Shown: in pieces, positions 20,601 to 33,349 of the stretch
How positions within the stretch are numbered: position 1 is the stretch's first letter
Layout: every line of letters begins with the position of its first letter
NCBI GenBank assembly: GCA_040183005.1
Contig: JAMPIW010000007.1
Span: forward strand, 798,188 to 862,187
Direction of reading: 5' to 3'
DNA length: 64,000 nt
Source of the DNA: Gammaproteobacteria bacterium
GTDB taxonomy: Bacteria > Pseudomonadota > Gammaproteobacteria > Ga0077554 > Ga007554
Notes under the pieces: generated by a model
What the model saw: only the letters and a program-made list of their open reading frames with translations
The model's database searches: none
Told to the model about the DNA's origin: nothing
Position numbers and translations under genes: made by a program

Positions 20601-21455
20601 TCACCACCTTCCGGAGGCGCCGCCCCCACCAAAACCGCCACCCCCGCCGCCAAAGCCTCCACCTAAACCACCGCCACCACGCCCAAATCCACCGCCGCTG
20701 GACCAGCCGCCGCCTCGTCCCATGCCGCCGCTCAGTACGATGAAAAATGTTATCACTGCGGCGATAATGGCAATGAACAATGATCCCACAAATAGCCAGG
20801 CGGCCAGCGCTGTAACCCCGCCGGTGACAATAGCGCCGGGAAATCTTCCCAGCATGGCCCGCAACACGCTGCCTACTACCACCGCCAATATAAAAGCAAT
20901 GGGGATGAATTGATCAAAATTCACTGTATTGGCAGATCTGCCAGCAGGCTCCGGCAAGGGTTCACCCTCGATCACACGTATCATTTGGTCAACACCGTTT
21001 TTGATGCCGCCATAAAAGTCACCCTCTTTGAAGCGTGGCGTGATGATCTCGCTGATGATGCGTTTGCTAGTGGCATCGTTGAGCACGCCTTCCAGTCCGT
21101 AACCTACCTCAATGCGCATCTCCCGATCATCTTTGGCGATCAGCAGCAGCGCGCCGTCATCTACGCCCTTGCGCCCGAGTTTCCATTGTTCTGCTACACG
21201 AATGCCGAATTGCTCTATGGCTTCCGGCCGGGTAGTCGGCACCACTAGCACAGCGATCTGACTGCCTTTTTGCGCCTCGAAGACGCGCAGAGTTTGCTCA
21301 AGCTGGGACTGCTGCTCTGGCGTCAGCGTACCGGTAAGGTCGGTGACGCGGGCCTGCAGCGGCGGCACGGCAATCAGGTCATCGGCGCCGTATGCTGCAC
21401 TGCAGGCAAACAGCATAAGCAGACAGAATGCACGCCATAGTTTTAGCATGGGCAT
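20601..21455 (-). CDS. TPM-domain membrane protein (YgcG-like) with C-terminal Gly-rich tail
   Basis: It has a signal peptide, a TPM domain, a TM segment and the tail GGGWSSGGGFGRGGGGLGGGFGGGGGGFGGGG. Confidence 0.7.
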   Translation of the reverse strand: MPMLKLWRAFCLLMLFACSAAYGADDLIAVPPLQARVTDLTGTLTPEQQSQLEQTLRVFEAQKGSQIAVLVVPTTRPEAIEQFGIRVAEQWKLGRKGVDDGALLLIAKDDREMRIEVGYGLEGVLNDATSKRIISEIITPRFKEGDFYGGIKNGVDQMIRVIEGEPLPEPAGRSANTVNFDQFIPIAFILAVVVGSVLRAMLGRFPGAIVTGGVTALAAWLFVGSLFIAIIAAVITFFIVLSGGMGRGGGWSSGGGFGRGGGGLGGGFGGGGGGFGGGGASGRW

Positions 21456-21469
21456 ATTACCCGGGGCAC

Positions 21470-22072
21470 CTATTGTTTCGCGGGGGCGCCAAAATCCACC
21501 TTTGGCGGCGTGGAAATGGCCTTTTCGTTTTCTACGTTGAAATTGGGCTTAACCTTGAAACCAAACGCCATAGCGGTCAGGTTGCTGGGAAACGAACGTA
21601 CTGTTATGTTGTATTCCTGCACCGCCTTGATATAACGGTTGCGCGCCACCGTGATACGATTTTCGGTGCCTTCCAGTTGGGCCTGGAGGTCACGGAATGA
21701 CGCGTCAGACTTTAACTGCGGGTAGTTTTCCGACACCACCAGCAGTCTCGACAAGGCGCTGGACAATTCGCCCTGGGCGGCCTGAAATTTGGCGAAGGCC
21801 TGCTCGTCGTTGATGAGTTCCGGCGTGGCCTGGATTGAACCTACTCTTGCGCGTGCGTTGGTCACCTGGATCAACACATCCTTTTCCTGAGCGGCAAAGC
21901 CTTTGACGGTGTTCACCAGATTCGGCACCAGATCAGCGCGGCGCTGGTACTGGTTCAATACCTCAGACCAGCTCGCCTTGATCTGTTCGTCGGTGGATTG
22001 CAGCGTGTTATAGCCGCAACCGCTCAAGAGCATGGTAAAGCCAAGCATGAGGGTAAGGGTCAAATTACGCAT
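21470..22072 (-). CDS. lemA: LemA family protein
   Basis: An N-terminal anchor precedes the conserved LemA core (QVxxxxxxYxxRADLVPNLV). Confidence 0.8.
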   Translation of the reverse strand: MRNLTLTLMLGFTMLLSGCGYNTLQSTDEQIKASWSEVLNQYQRRADLVPNLVNTVKGFAAQEKDVLIQVTNARARVGSIQATPELINDEQAFAKFQAAQGELSSALSRLLVVSENYPQLKSDASFRDLQAQLEGTENRITVARNRYIKAVQEYNITVRSFPSNLTAMAFGFKVKPNFNVENEKAISTPPKVDFGAPAKQ

Positions 22073-22205
22073 GGTAGTCTCCTTCCTGAAAAGTATAAGA
22101 ACTGATTTTGATGCTTAGATTGGAGCGTAGTGTCGGGTTTCAACCTGCCCCCTAGATGAGAAACCTCTGAACCAATAATAAGGGAACGCTGCGCGCGATA
22201 TGTTT

Positions 22206-23246
22206 TCAGAAGCTTGGCACAATCACCTCGCGTAAAACTACCGTCGCATAGCTGCCCGGCGGTAGGCGGAACTGGAGTTGTAAGTCGCCCTCTGGGGTAA
22301 ATTCCCAGCGCAAATCTTCCACCTTCAGACGCAGTGAACGGCGCTGCTGCTCCAGTCCTGCCTCTTCAAGCCCTGCGCGCCAGGATTCGTAATCCTTCAG
22401 GGTGCTTTCCTCTATCTCCTTGGCATCCAGACGGGTGCGCAGCCCTCCCCTGCCCCACATTGACCCGGTGGGATGAATGTCCTGCTCCATCACACGCCGC
22501 TCGATCTCTTCATTCACGGCTTCGATAGCAAAAATGCTGTGCGTGCCATCGAGCATCATAACATCACCGGCTATGGCTTTGTTCCAGATGCCTGCCGCCA
22601 CGCGATGCGAGAGCACACGATTGAACAGTTCGGAACGCACCGCAGACAGATAAAGGCCGCGCTGATGACGATCCTTGACGCGCACTTGTCCGGTGAACAT
22701 CGCCGTGGCGCGCTCGAGATTGGCGTGCCCGAACCGTTGTTCCCCAAAATAATTCGGCACGCCTTCCGCAGCAATTCGCGTCAGGCGCTGCTCGATATAG
22801 GGTTTGATATCAGGCATATCGCCCTTCAAATTGCGCACCACCAGCTTGAAACGGTTTGCCGTCAGCGCGCCGCGCCGCAATTTGCGGTCGTGACGGGCGA
22901 TAGTAAGAAACTGTATGTCATCCGAGGCGAGTTGCGTCCAGTCAGGTTCCGGTCTGCCCGCCAGATTGACGCTGAACCACTGGCTGGTCACAGCGGCGCG
23001 ATCCTTGAGTCCGGCATAACCGACATCCATTGCCTTCACGCCCGCCAGCCGCGACAATTCCCGCGCCAGCCACTCGGTATTGGTGTTGCGCTTGCGGATT
23101 TGCAGCAGGATATGTTCGCCCCTGCCCGCAGGCTCGAAACCCAGGTCTTCATCCACCTGAAAATCTTCCGCCGTGCTGCGAATGACGCCGGATACACTCG
23201 GGCAGCCTCCAGCATAAGGTAATTCCTCGGACATGTTATTCGCCAT
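22206..23246 (-). CDS. truD: tRNA pseudouridine(13) synthase
   Basis: Collinear with E. coli TruD (EDFxVxExLGFEPxGxGEHILL, GVPNYFGxQRFG). Confidence 0.85.
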   Translation of the reverse strand: MANNMSEELPYAGGCPSVSGVIRSTAEDFQVDEDLGFEPAGRGEHILLQIRKRNTNTEWLARELSRLAGVKAMDVGYAGLKDRAAVTSQWFSVNLAGRPEPDWTQLASDDIQFLTIARHDRKLRRGALTANRFKLVVRNLKGDMPDIKPYIEQRLTRIAAEGVPNYFGEQRFGHANLERATAMFTGQVRVKDRHQRGLYLSAVRSELFNRVLSHRVAAGIWNKAIAGDVMMLDGTHSIFAIEAVNEEIERRVMEQDIHPTGSMWGRGGLRTRLDAKEIEESTLKDYESWRAGLEEAGLEQQRRSLRLKVEDLRWEFTPEGDLQLQFRLPPGSYATVVLREVIVPSF

Positions 23247-23715
23247 TTTCTTTGAGCAGCACCACGGCGTATGCGGCTATCCCTTCGCCGCGCCCGGTGA
23301 AACCCATGCCCTCGGTAGTAGTAGCCTTGATGTTGACGCGGTCCTCAGCAATGCACAGGTCGGCGGCGAGGCATTCCCGCATGGCGGGGACATGCGGTTT
23401 CAATTTGGGCGCCTGCGCGACCACGGTAATATCGGCATTGGAAATGGCAAGCGCGCGTTCGTTGAGCAGCGCTACGACATGGCGCAGCAGAATACGGCTG
23501 TCAATATTCTTAAAGTCCGCACTGGAATCCGGAAAGTGACCGCCAATATCGCCAAGCCCCGCCGCACCTAGCAGCGCGTCACACAGGGCGTGAATCAGCA
23601 CATCGCCATCCGAGTGGGCGGCCATGCCCAGATCATAGGGGATTTCCACGCCGCCCAGCACCAGCCTGCGCTCCGGCGCAAAGCGATGCGCGTCGTAACC
23701 GTGCCCGATCCTCAT
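23236..23715 (-). CDS. ispF: 2-C-methyl-D-erythritol 2,4-cyclodiphosphate synthase
   Basis: [13 protein letters not shown]-terminus and 159 aa. It overlaps ispD, giving the ispDF operon. Confidence 0.9.
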   Translation of the reverse strand: MRIGHGYDAHRFAPERRLVLGGVEIPYDLGMAAHSDGDVLIHALCDALLGAAGLGDIGGHFPDSSADFKNIDSRILLRHVVALLNERALAISNADITVVAQAPKLKPHVPAMRECLAADLCIAEDRVNIKATTTEGMGFTGRGEGIAAYAVVLLKENGE

Positions 23716-24428
23716 TGCTGATTCTCCTGTTGCTTGAGATAGAGTTCCGCCAGCGCCAGATCTTGCGGATGGGTAATCTTGATATTGTCGGCGTGGCCAC
23801 TCACCATGCGCGGTGAAAACCCGGCCAGTTCCATAGCGGCAGCCTCATCGGTCACTATCAGCTTGTTATCCACCACATGCCTGAGCGCGCGCGACAGATC
23901 ATCGAGCCGGAACATCTGTGGCGTGAGCGCCCGCCACAGTCCCACACGCGAGACAGTCTCCAGCACATTACCCTGGCTGTTGGCCCGTTTTACCGTGTCG
24001 GAAACCGGCACGCCAAGCAGGCCGCCAACGGGATGATCGGCCAGCGTGGCGATGAGATGGTCAATGTCGCTATGACGGACACAGGGGCGCGCAGCATCAT
24101 GCACCAATACCCAGTCGCGCGGCCGGGCGATCCCTGCGAGTTTTGCCAGACCATTCAATACCGAATGATAACGCTCGACGCCGCCCTCGGCGATGAGCGG
24201 CGATGTGGCACCTTTAAATGGGATTTGGTCCCAGTGGAGATCATGGGGGGCAATGACAACCACCACACCCTTGATGCGTGGATGGCTCAAAAAACACCCT
24301 ACGGTATGCTCGATTACAGTACTGCCAAGCAACGGCAGATATTGTTTGGGAATGGCCGCACCCATGCGCGAACCTGTTCCTGCTGCGGGAATAACAGCCC
24401 AGCAGTTATCAGATAGTAATGAGGTCAT
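23712..24428 (-). CDS. ispD: 2-C-methyl-D-erythritol 4-phosphate cytidylyltransferase
   Basis: The [14 protein letters not shown]-loop follows the start at ATG 24428. The track ORF is N-extended. Confidence 0.85.
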   Translation of the reverse strand: MTSLLSDNCWAVIPAAGTGSRMGAAIPKQYLPLLGSTVIEHTVGCFLSHPRIKGVVVVIAPHDLHWDQIPFKGATSPLIAEGGVERYHSVLNGLAKLAGIARPRDWVLVHDAARPCVRHSDIDHLIATLADHPVGGLLGVPVSDTVKRANSQGNVLETVSRVGLWRALTPQMFRLDDLSRALRHVVDNKLIVTDEAAAMELAGFSPRMVSGHADNIKITHPQDLALAELYLKQQENQQ

Positions 24429-24480
24429 AGGGATGGCTCTAAGGCTTCCCCCTTTTAGACAAAGGGGGAAGGAGGATTTC

Positions 24481-24749
24481 CTATTCCACAATCCGGTAGA
24501 AGGTCTCGTCCTTTTTAATCATCCCCAGTTCGGCTCTGGCGCGTTCCTCAATAGCGTCAAGCCCGTGCTTGAGGTCCTTGACTTCGGCATCCAGCGCCGC
24601 ATTACGCTCTTTGAGTGCGGCGTTTTCGCGGGCCTGGGCGTCGATTGCCTGGTGCAACTGCCATATTTCGTTGAGGCTTCCTTCGCCCAGCCACAGCTTA
24701 TATTGCAAAAACACCAGCAGGACGACGAGGCCCGCGACCAGCGCTTTCA

Positions 24750-24750
<1 letters not shown>
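24481..24750 (-). CDS. ftsB: Cell division protein FtsB
   Basis: The 89-aa protein has an N-terminal TM and a coiled coil ([20 protein letters not shown]). It holds the conserved position downstream of eno. Confidence 0.8.
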
Positions 24751-26042
<1,292 letters not shown>

Positions 26043-26081
26043 CTACTCCACTTCTGTTTTAAGTTATTACAATAGAAAAAC

Positions 26082-26157
26082 TTCACGCCTTGGCGTGAGA
26101 TGTAGGATGCGTTCTACGCACCAAAACCTGAAGGCGCGTGAGACGCACCCTACATTT
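26082..26157. repeat. REP-like nested palindrome (copy 1 of 3; imperfect)
   Basis: Arm tgtaggatgcgttctacgcacc pairs with arm cgcgtgagacgcaccctaca, preceded by the small palindrome tcacgccttggcgtga. It lies between eno and kdsA. It is the same family as 60319-60369 and 61393-61445. Confidence 0.6.
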
Positions 26158-26977
26158 CAGCGAATTTCCGTGCCTTGACGGTCGCGTCGATCTCTTTCAG
26201 GGTCTCCAAAAGCTCTTCCATCCTGCCCAGCGGCCAGGCATTCGGGCCATCGCTCATGGCTTTGTCGGGATCCGGGTGGGTTTCCATAAACAGGCCTGCC
26301 ACACCCGCGGCGACGGCGGCACGCGCCAACACAGGCACGAATTCACGCTGCCCACCAGAACTTGCGCCCTGCCCGCCCGGCAACTGCACCGAGTGGGTAG
26401 CATCGAATACCACCGGACAACCCGTATCGCGCATCACCGCCAGTGCGCGCATGTCCGACACCAGGTTATTGTAACCGAAAGACGCACCGCGCTCGCACAC
26501 CATGATTAACGGATTGCCGGTTTCACGCGCCTTTTCCACTACATTTTTCATGTCCCACGGCGCGAGAAACTGGCCCTTCTTGATGTTCACCGGCTTGCCC
26601 TGGCTGGCCACGTTCTGGATAAAATTGGTCTGCCGGCACAGAAATGCAGGCGTCTGCAACACGTCCACTACATCGGCTACCTCGCCAAGCGGGGTATCCT
26701 CATGCACATCGGTGAGCACCGGCACGCCAATGGTCTGCCGCACCTCGTCGAGTATGCGCAGCCCCTCTTCCAGTCCTGGGCCGCGGAAGGTCTTGCTGGA
26801 GGTGCGGTTGGCTTTATCAAATGACGACTTATAGATAAAGGGAATGCCCAGGCGCGCCGTAATCTCCTTGAGTGCTGCCGCCGTTTCCAGTGCGAGCTGC
26901 CGGCTTTCGATGACACATGGGCCGGCAATCAAAAACAGGGGCCGGTCCAGTCCCACATCAAAACCGCATAACTTCAT
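26150..26977 (-). CDS. kdsA: 3-deoxy-8-phosphooctulonate synthase
   Basis: [10 protein letters not shown], 275 aa. Confidence 0.9.
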   Translation of the reverse strand: MKLCGFDVGLDRPLFLIAGPCVIESRQLALETAAALKEITARLGIPFIYKSSFDKANRTSSKTFRGPGLEEGLRILDEVRQTIGVPVLTDVHEDTPLGEVADVVDVLQTPAFLCRQTNFIQNVASQGKPVNIKKGQFLAPWDMKNVVEKARETGNPLIMVCERGASFGYNNLVSDMRALAVMRDTGCPVVFDATHSVQLPGGQGASSGGQREFVPVLARAAVAAGVAGLFMETHPDPDKAMSDGPNAWPLGRMEELLETLKEIDATVKARKFAEM

Positions 26978-26980
26978 ACG

Positions 26981-28750
<1,770 letters not shown>

Positions 28751-28926
28751 TCAAAAAGGTGGGTTGTGAATAGCCAGCCGGAAGCTTGAGGGAAACGCCG
28801 ATCAACCCCGTTCGCATTGAGCTTGTCTGGAATGCGCTTTTTGTGAATCAACGAGTTAGCAAGGGCTTCGACAGGCTCAGCCCGAACGGATTGAATAAAT
28901 CGGCAAATCCTTGATTACAGACGGAC

Positions 28927-29736
28927 CTACAGCCTTTCCGGGCTACCCCACGTGATCGCCCCGACCTGATCCCCGGCATTGTTAAAGACAAATATTGCAT
29001 CTTTGTAACGCCCGGCGAATTTAAAATAAATAAAGTCCTCAGCCTTTTTGGCTCCCTCACGGGATAAGATTTTGTCCAGCTCACTGCGGATTTCAGCGTT
29101 TGATCCCGCTACCTCACTGATGTTTAAGGAATGTTTCTTTGACTCCGCAAGAGAACCCTTGAATGGCCGGAACAACCAGAACTGTTGCTCTCCACCAATA
29201 TCCTTGTTCAAGGTGAGCTCTAGCATCCTTCCCACTTGTTCGGTGCTCTTGGGCGGCTCGACATGGATAACCGGGTGAGATTCCGCGCCAAACTGCTGCA
29301 AATCGCCAAGATCTTTCCCCTGCACATGTAGTGGCTCGATGGTAAGCGGCCTGAAAGTGCCCTCCCACTCGACAGCAGCTATAGGGCGCTGGTTGTACAC
29401 TGTATAACCGCCCCACGCCAACGCACCAAGCTGCAACACAGCGATGATCGACAGGTCAAGCATTATTTCCTTTCTTGATTTTCGCGGGTTGAAAATAATA
29501 AAGGTGAGCATTGGCCCCAATACGATGTCGACCAACACCATGATCTGAACACCTTTCCAGCCGCCATCCGTCGAAAAATACGGTGGCGGATACAATTCAA
29601 CCAATATCAGATAAAGAAAAACCAAAAAAATCGTAGCGCTAATCCCCAAATGAATCGAGGCAGCGCGCAACTTCGCGGGCAACAAGCGTGGTTGCTTGAT
29701 GTCAACTGTGGCAGTCTCGGTTGTCAATGTCTCCAT
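28927..29736 (-). CDS. Hypothetical inner-membrane protein (2-3 TM N-terminal, soluble C-domain)
   Basis: It has TM segments (IHLGISATIFLVFLYLILV; VLVDIVLGPMLTFIIF; LSIIAVLQLGALAWGG). No family was recognised. It flanks the LPS/polysaccharide locus. Confidence 0.4.
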   Translation of the reverse strand: METLTTETATVDIKQPRLLPAKLRAASIHLGISATIFLVFLYLILVELYPPPYFSTDGGWKGVQIMVLVDIVLGPMLTFIIFNPRKSRKEIMLDLSIIAVLQLGALAWGGYTVYNQRPIAAVEWEGTFRPLTIEPLHVQGKDLGDLQQFGAESHPVIHVEPPKSTEQVGRMLELTLNKDIGGEQQFWLFRPFKGSLAESKKHSLNISEVAGSNAEIRSELDKILSREGAKKAEDFIYFKFAGRYKDAIFVFNNAGDQVGAITWGSPERL

Positions 29737-29929
29737 GGTCGCGTCTCTCCTGAAATAGAATATGCAGACAGCTCTTTAATCGGCTATTTGCTTATTTTCT
29801 TGAGGGTGACACTGTGGCCTGGAAGGAAAAATGTTACCAAAACACCCACATGCCAAAATCGGCGTTTTCAGGGTTATGGATTGATCGCCCTGACCTGGTT
29901 CCCTTCGGAAGTTGCCGCATCGAAGTGCG

Positions 29930-31009
29930 TTACGTATTCTGTCGCTGCCCCGTCTGTTGGAGTAACCGGCCATAGCCCGCTAGCGCCTCGTTTACACTGA
30001 TGTCATCCACATGCCTGGTTTCCGGCTGTAGTAACACGTATGGCACCCCCCAGGGATGCCATTCTGCGGCGATGCTGTGGCCGAAAAAGCAGACAATCGG
30101 CTTACCAAATGCGGCGGCGACGTGCATGGCGCCGCCGTCGCTGCATATCAGTGAGTCTATGCAGGCCATGCCCGCGATGAGTTCGCTGATGGTGAGCGCC
30201 GGGCAGGCTGTAACGGGAAGGTCAGCCACCTCGCGCAGTAGCGCGTCGGCCTTTTCGTCATCCCCAGGATGCATTGGGTCGTCTGCGCGTCCTGGGGACC
30301 AGAACAGGACAAATCGCACCGTTTGCGCGGCGTGTATCCGCCGCATCAAGGCTGCGAAATTAGCGATCGGCCAACGCTGCTGGGGGCGGCGCGAACTGAT
30401 ATGGATACCCACCACTGGTAGGGTACCGGCATCGGCGGTGAGGCCCAGACGTGCGCGCAGCGCGCTGACCAGATTCATGTCGGGAAATAACCGTGTCGGC
30501 CCAAGCGCGTTGGTCACATCTAGCGCCTCGCCCAGTCGCGCCATTTTTTCGACCTCATGCAATTCTGTGCTGTTTGCCAGAGGCACGACAATATCCGGTT
30601 GCCGATGATCCGGGTTGTCGCGCTCGCGAAAACCAATCATGTGTCGTCCGTGGATTTTTTTACAGTACCGCCAGCCACCGTTCGCCAGCACGACATAGTC
30701 GAAACACCGCTGGCGCAATGTGCGCAGTAGCAGCCAGCGTTTCCATAATGTTGCCAGTTGGTTGTGGCCGTGACTACGCTGCTGGCGCTTCAGGAATATG
30801 AAGGTTTCGTCGATGTCCGGGTTGCCGTGCAACACCTCAACGTTGTAGCTGCTCACCAGGACGGCCACATAGGCGGAAGGATAGCGCAGGCGTATAGCAT
30901 GCAGCAGGGGCGTGGTGCAAATGAGGTCACCGATGTTGTCGCGGCGTACAACCAGGATTTTTGGAGGGTCAGTGTTGGGCATGACGATCCTGAAGGATAA
31001 ATAATTCAT
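29930..31009 (-). CDS. GT9 family glycosyltransferase (ADP-heptose:LPS heptosyltransferase-like)
   Basis: It has the KILVVRRDNIGDLICTTPLL N-terminus and the C-terminal GxDxGxMHVAAAxGxP motif typical of RfaC/RfaF/RfaQ. The start may be ATG 31009 or 30982. Confidence 0.75.
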   Translation of the reverse strand: MNYLSFRIVMPNTDPPKILVVRRDNIGDLICTTPLLHAIRLRYPSAYVAVLVSSYNVEVLHGNPDIDETFIFLKRQQRSHGHNQLATLWKRWLLLRTLRQRCFDYVVLANGGWRYCKKIHGRHMIGFRERDNPDHRQPDIVVPLANSTELHEVEKMARLGEALDVTNALGPTRLFPDMNLVSALRARLGLTADAGTLPVVGIHISSRRPQQRWPIANFAALMRRIHAAQTVRFVLFWSPGRADDPMHPGDDEKADALLREVADLPVTACPALTISELIAGMACIDSLICSDGGAMHVAAAFGKPIVCFFGHSIAAEWHPWGVPYVLLQPETRHVDDISVNEALAGYGRLLQQTGQRQNT

Positions 31010-31225
31010 TGAAGATATTCGTCAACCAGCCCTTCCTTCATCGCTTCCTTGCGCTGCTGCGTGAACGATGGCATCCACCCCAACTCCCGCCGGATTTTAG
31101 AGCTATCAATCACCAAAGAATCCAGCAGCCGCTCCACCTGGGCCGATTTACCGGTCAAGTGACCCGTTACATGCAGCAAAGTGGTCAGCACGGGCAGCAA
31201 ACGCGCTGGACGTCCAACACAGAAT
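31006..31225 (-). pseudogene. 5'-truncated remnant of an NAD-dependent sugar epimerase (C-terminal about 60 aa only)
   Basis: Sequence …LDSLVIDSSKIRRELGWMPSFTQQRKEAMKEGLVDEYLQ matches the conserved C-terminus of GalE/WbpP-type SDR epimerases. It opens immediately after a stop, with no N-terminal part upstream. It overlaps the heptosyltransferase start. Confidence 0.5.
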
Positions 31226-31360
31226 CAACTCCGGCGTTGACAGATCCTCGCCGTCACTCACCCAGCGGTGGCGGGATGTTCTAAACAAGTAATGATGGCG
31301 TCAGCAAAAACGTGCGCCCATTCCCTGCCACGAGAAACACGGCCTTTCTGATTTTATGCA

Positions 31361-33247
31361 TCACACATTGCCCCGCTTAAATTCCAGCACCCTCGATACA
31401 GCGGACTGTGTCACGACGGTAAGCGACGGGGCTTCCATTTCTGGAACAAGCTTCTTCAACAGCCGCACACATTGCTCGTCATCGTATTCCTGGCATGATC
31501 GTTCCATGTCATTAATGATGGCAATCAAATAATCCCACGCAACCTCTCTGCTCTGCGCCAACAGAATCTTTTCATGGCCAGTCTCGGCAAGCCCTTCCTG
31601 CTTGTGGAACAGCTCTTCATAGAGTTTTTCACCGGGGCGCAGACCGGTATAAACAATCTGGACATCTTCGCCCGGAATCTTGCCCGACAGGCGAATCATC
31701 TGCTCTGCCAGATAACGAATCTTGACGGGTTCACCCATGTTGAGCACAAAGATCTCACCCCCCTTGCCCATGACACCGGCCTGCATAATGAGCTGGCATG
31801 CCTCGGGAATGGTCATGAAATAACGGGTAATATCGGGATGGGTGACCGTCACCGGACCACCAGCGGCAATCTGCTTCTGGAACAGCGGCACCACGCTACC
31901 CGCTGAACCCAGCACATTACCAAAACGTACGGTGATATAACGGGTAGTGGATGACCTGTCCAGCATCTGGCAGAAGATTTCGGCGACCCGTTTGCTGGTC
32001 CCCATTATATTGGCGGGGTTAACGGCTTTGTCGGTGGATATCATAACAAAGTTAGAGCAACCGTATTTGTCAGCCGCCAGCGCCAAGGTCTTGGTGCCAA
32101 TCACATTGTTACGCACCGCTTCGCGCGCCTGGGTTTGCAGCATGGGCACATGCTTGTACGCCGCCGCATGAAACACCATGTCGGGCCGATGCTTGCTCAA
32201 TATATGCTCCACACCCACCCAATCACACACATCACCCAGACAGGCATGTAAAACAAGGTCGGGATATTGCGCCCGCAGCTCCAGCTCTATGCTGTAAAGA
32301 TTAAATTCGCAACGCTCAAATAATACAAGAGAGGCTGGTTTCAGACGCGCAATTTGACGGCACAATTCAGAACCAATTGACCCCCCTGCGCCGCTGATCA
32401 ATATCGTTTTATCCGCCAAACCAGCAGTGATGGCAGACCAATCCAACAACACCGGCTCGCGGCCCAGGAGGTCGTCAATGGCCACTTCACGCACATCTTT
32501 CAGAGTGACGCGCCCAGACATCAGGTCTTCCATACGCGGCACAATTCTGAACTCGACCTTGGCCTGCTCGCACATCTCCACCACACGACGCACCTGGGCG
32601 CTGCTTGCCGAAGGTATGGCGATAATAACCACATCCACCGCCGTGGAGTTGAGAACACAGGTTAGACGTTCCATGGATCCCAACACCGGCATGCCATGAA
32701 TCCTGGCGCCCTTGAGCTGCGGATTATCGTCCAGAAAACCAACCAGCAGATATTCGCTATCGCGCCGCATATCGCGCGCCAACATTTCCCCGGCCCGGCC
32801 AGCACCCAGAATCAGAACCCGTTTGTTTATGGAAGCCGCGTGCGCCGTTAGGTCGCGATCGCGCCACATGCGGTAAGCCAACCGAGGCAGCCCCAACAGC
32901 AATACCAAAAATACCGGATAAAGCACCAGCGTGGCACGTGGCACACCCTCCAGCCGATCAAACAGGAATAATACTATGCTTACGGCAAGCGCCCCCAATG
33001 CAACAGAGCGAATAATGTTCCCCAGGTCTGGGATGCTGGCAAAACGCCATAAACCGCGATGCAGGCCGGTAGCCCAGAACATTATCCCCTGGACAAGCGC
33101 CACCACGGGCAGCATCTGTAATATGAGCGACCAATCTACTGCTTGCAATGAGAAGTTGAATCGAAGTAGGTAAGCGCCCCCCCAAGCCAGGAACACTACA
33201 CACAAGTCATGCATTACAATCGCAATGCGGCGATTGAATATTCCCAT
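31361..33247 (-). CDS. Membrane-anchored UDP-GlcNAc 4,6-dehydratase (PglF/CapD/WbpM family)
   Basis: It has four N-terminal TM segments followed by two Rossmann domains (GAGGSIGSEL). Length is 628 aa from ATG 33247. Confidence 0.85.
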   Translation of the reverse strand: MGIFNRRIAIVMHDLCVVFLAWGGAYLLRFNFSLQAVDWSLILQMLPVVALVQGIMFWATGLHRGLWRFASIPDLGNIIRSVALGALAVSIVLFLFDRLEGVPRATLVLYPVFLVLLLGLPRLAYRMWRDRDLTAHAASINKRVLILGAGRAGEMLARDMRRDSEYLLVGFLDDNPQLKGARIHGMPVLGSMERLTCVLNSTAVDVVIIAIPSASSAQVRRVVEMCEQAKVEFRIVPRMEDLMSGRVTLKDVREVAIDDLLGREPVLLDWSAITAGLADKTILISGAGGSIGSELCRQIARLKPASLVLFERCEFNLYSIELELRAQYPDLVLHACLGDVCDWVGVEHILSKHRPDMVFHAAAYKHVPMLQTQAREAVRNNVIGTKTLALAADKYGCSNFVMISTDKAVNPANIMGTSKRVAEIFCQMLDRSSTTRYITVRFGNVLGSAGSVVPLFQKQIAAGGPVTVTHPDITRYFMTIPEACQLIMQAGVMGKGGEIFVLNMGEPVKIRYLAEQMIRLSGKIPGEDVQIVYTGLRPGEKLYEELFHKQEGLAETGHEKILLAQSREVAWDYLIAIINDMERSCQEYDDEQCVRLLKKLVPEMEAPSLTVVTQSAVSRVLEFKRGNV

Positions 33248-33349
33248 CGATCTTCCCCTTGTTATTTCTGCATTACTTACGCTGCATCTTTGGCAGGCTG
33301 CGTATAGCACACGTGAAGAATACCTATTATTGCGAACTGATAATAAATT

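Noticed and set aside
20601-20720. Gly-rich coding repeat (GGGFGRGGGGLGGGFGGGGGGFGGGG)
   Set aside because: It is a low-complexity C-terminal tail of the YgcG-like TPM protein, not a DNA repeat element or CRISPR-like array.
22473-23222. 249-aa plus-strand ORF
   Set aside because: Antisense to truD, no family signal. The same applies to antisense ORFs over asnB (3300..3860), FemAB (7446..8027), the TPM genes (20099..20743), eno (24945..25517) and others in the track.
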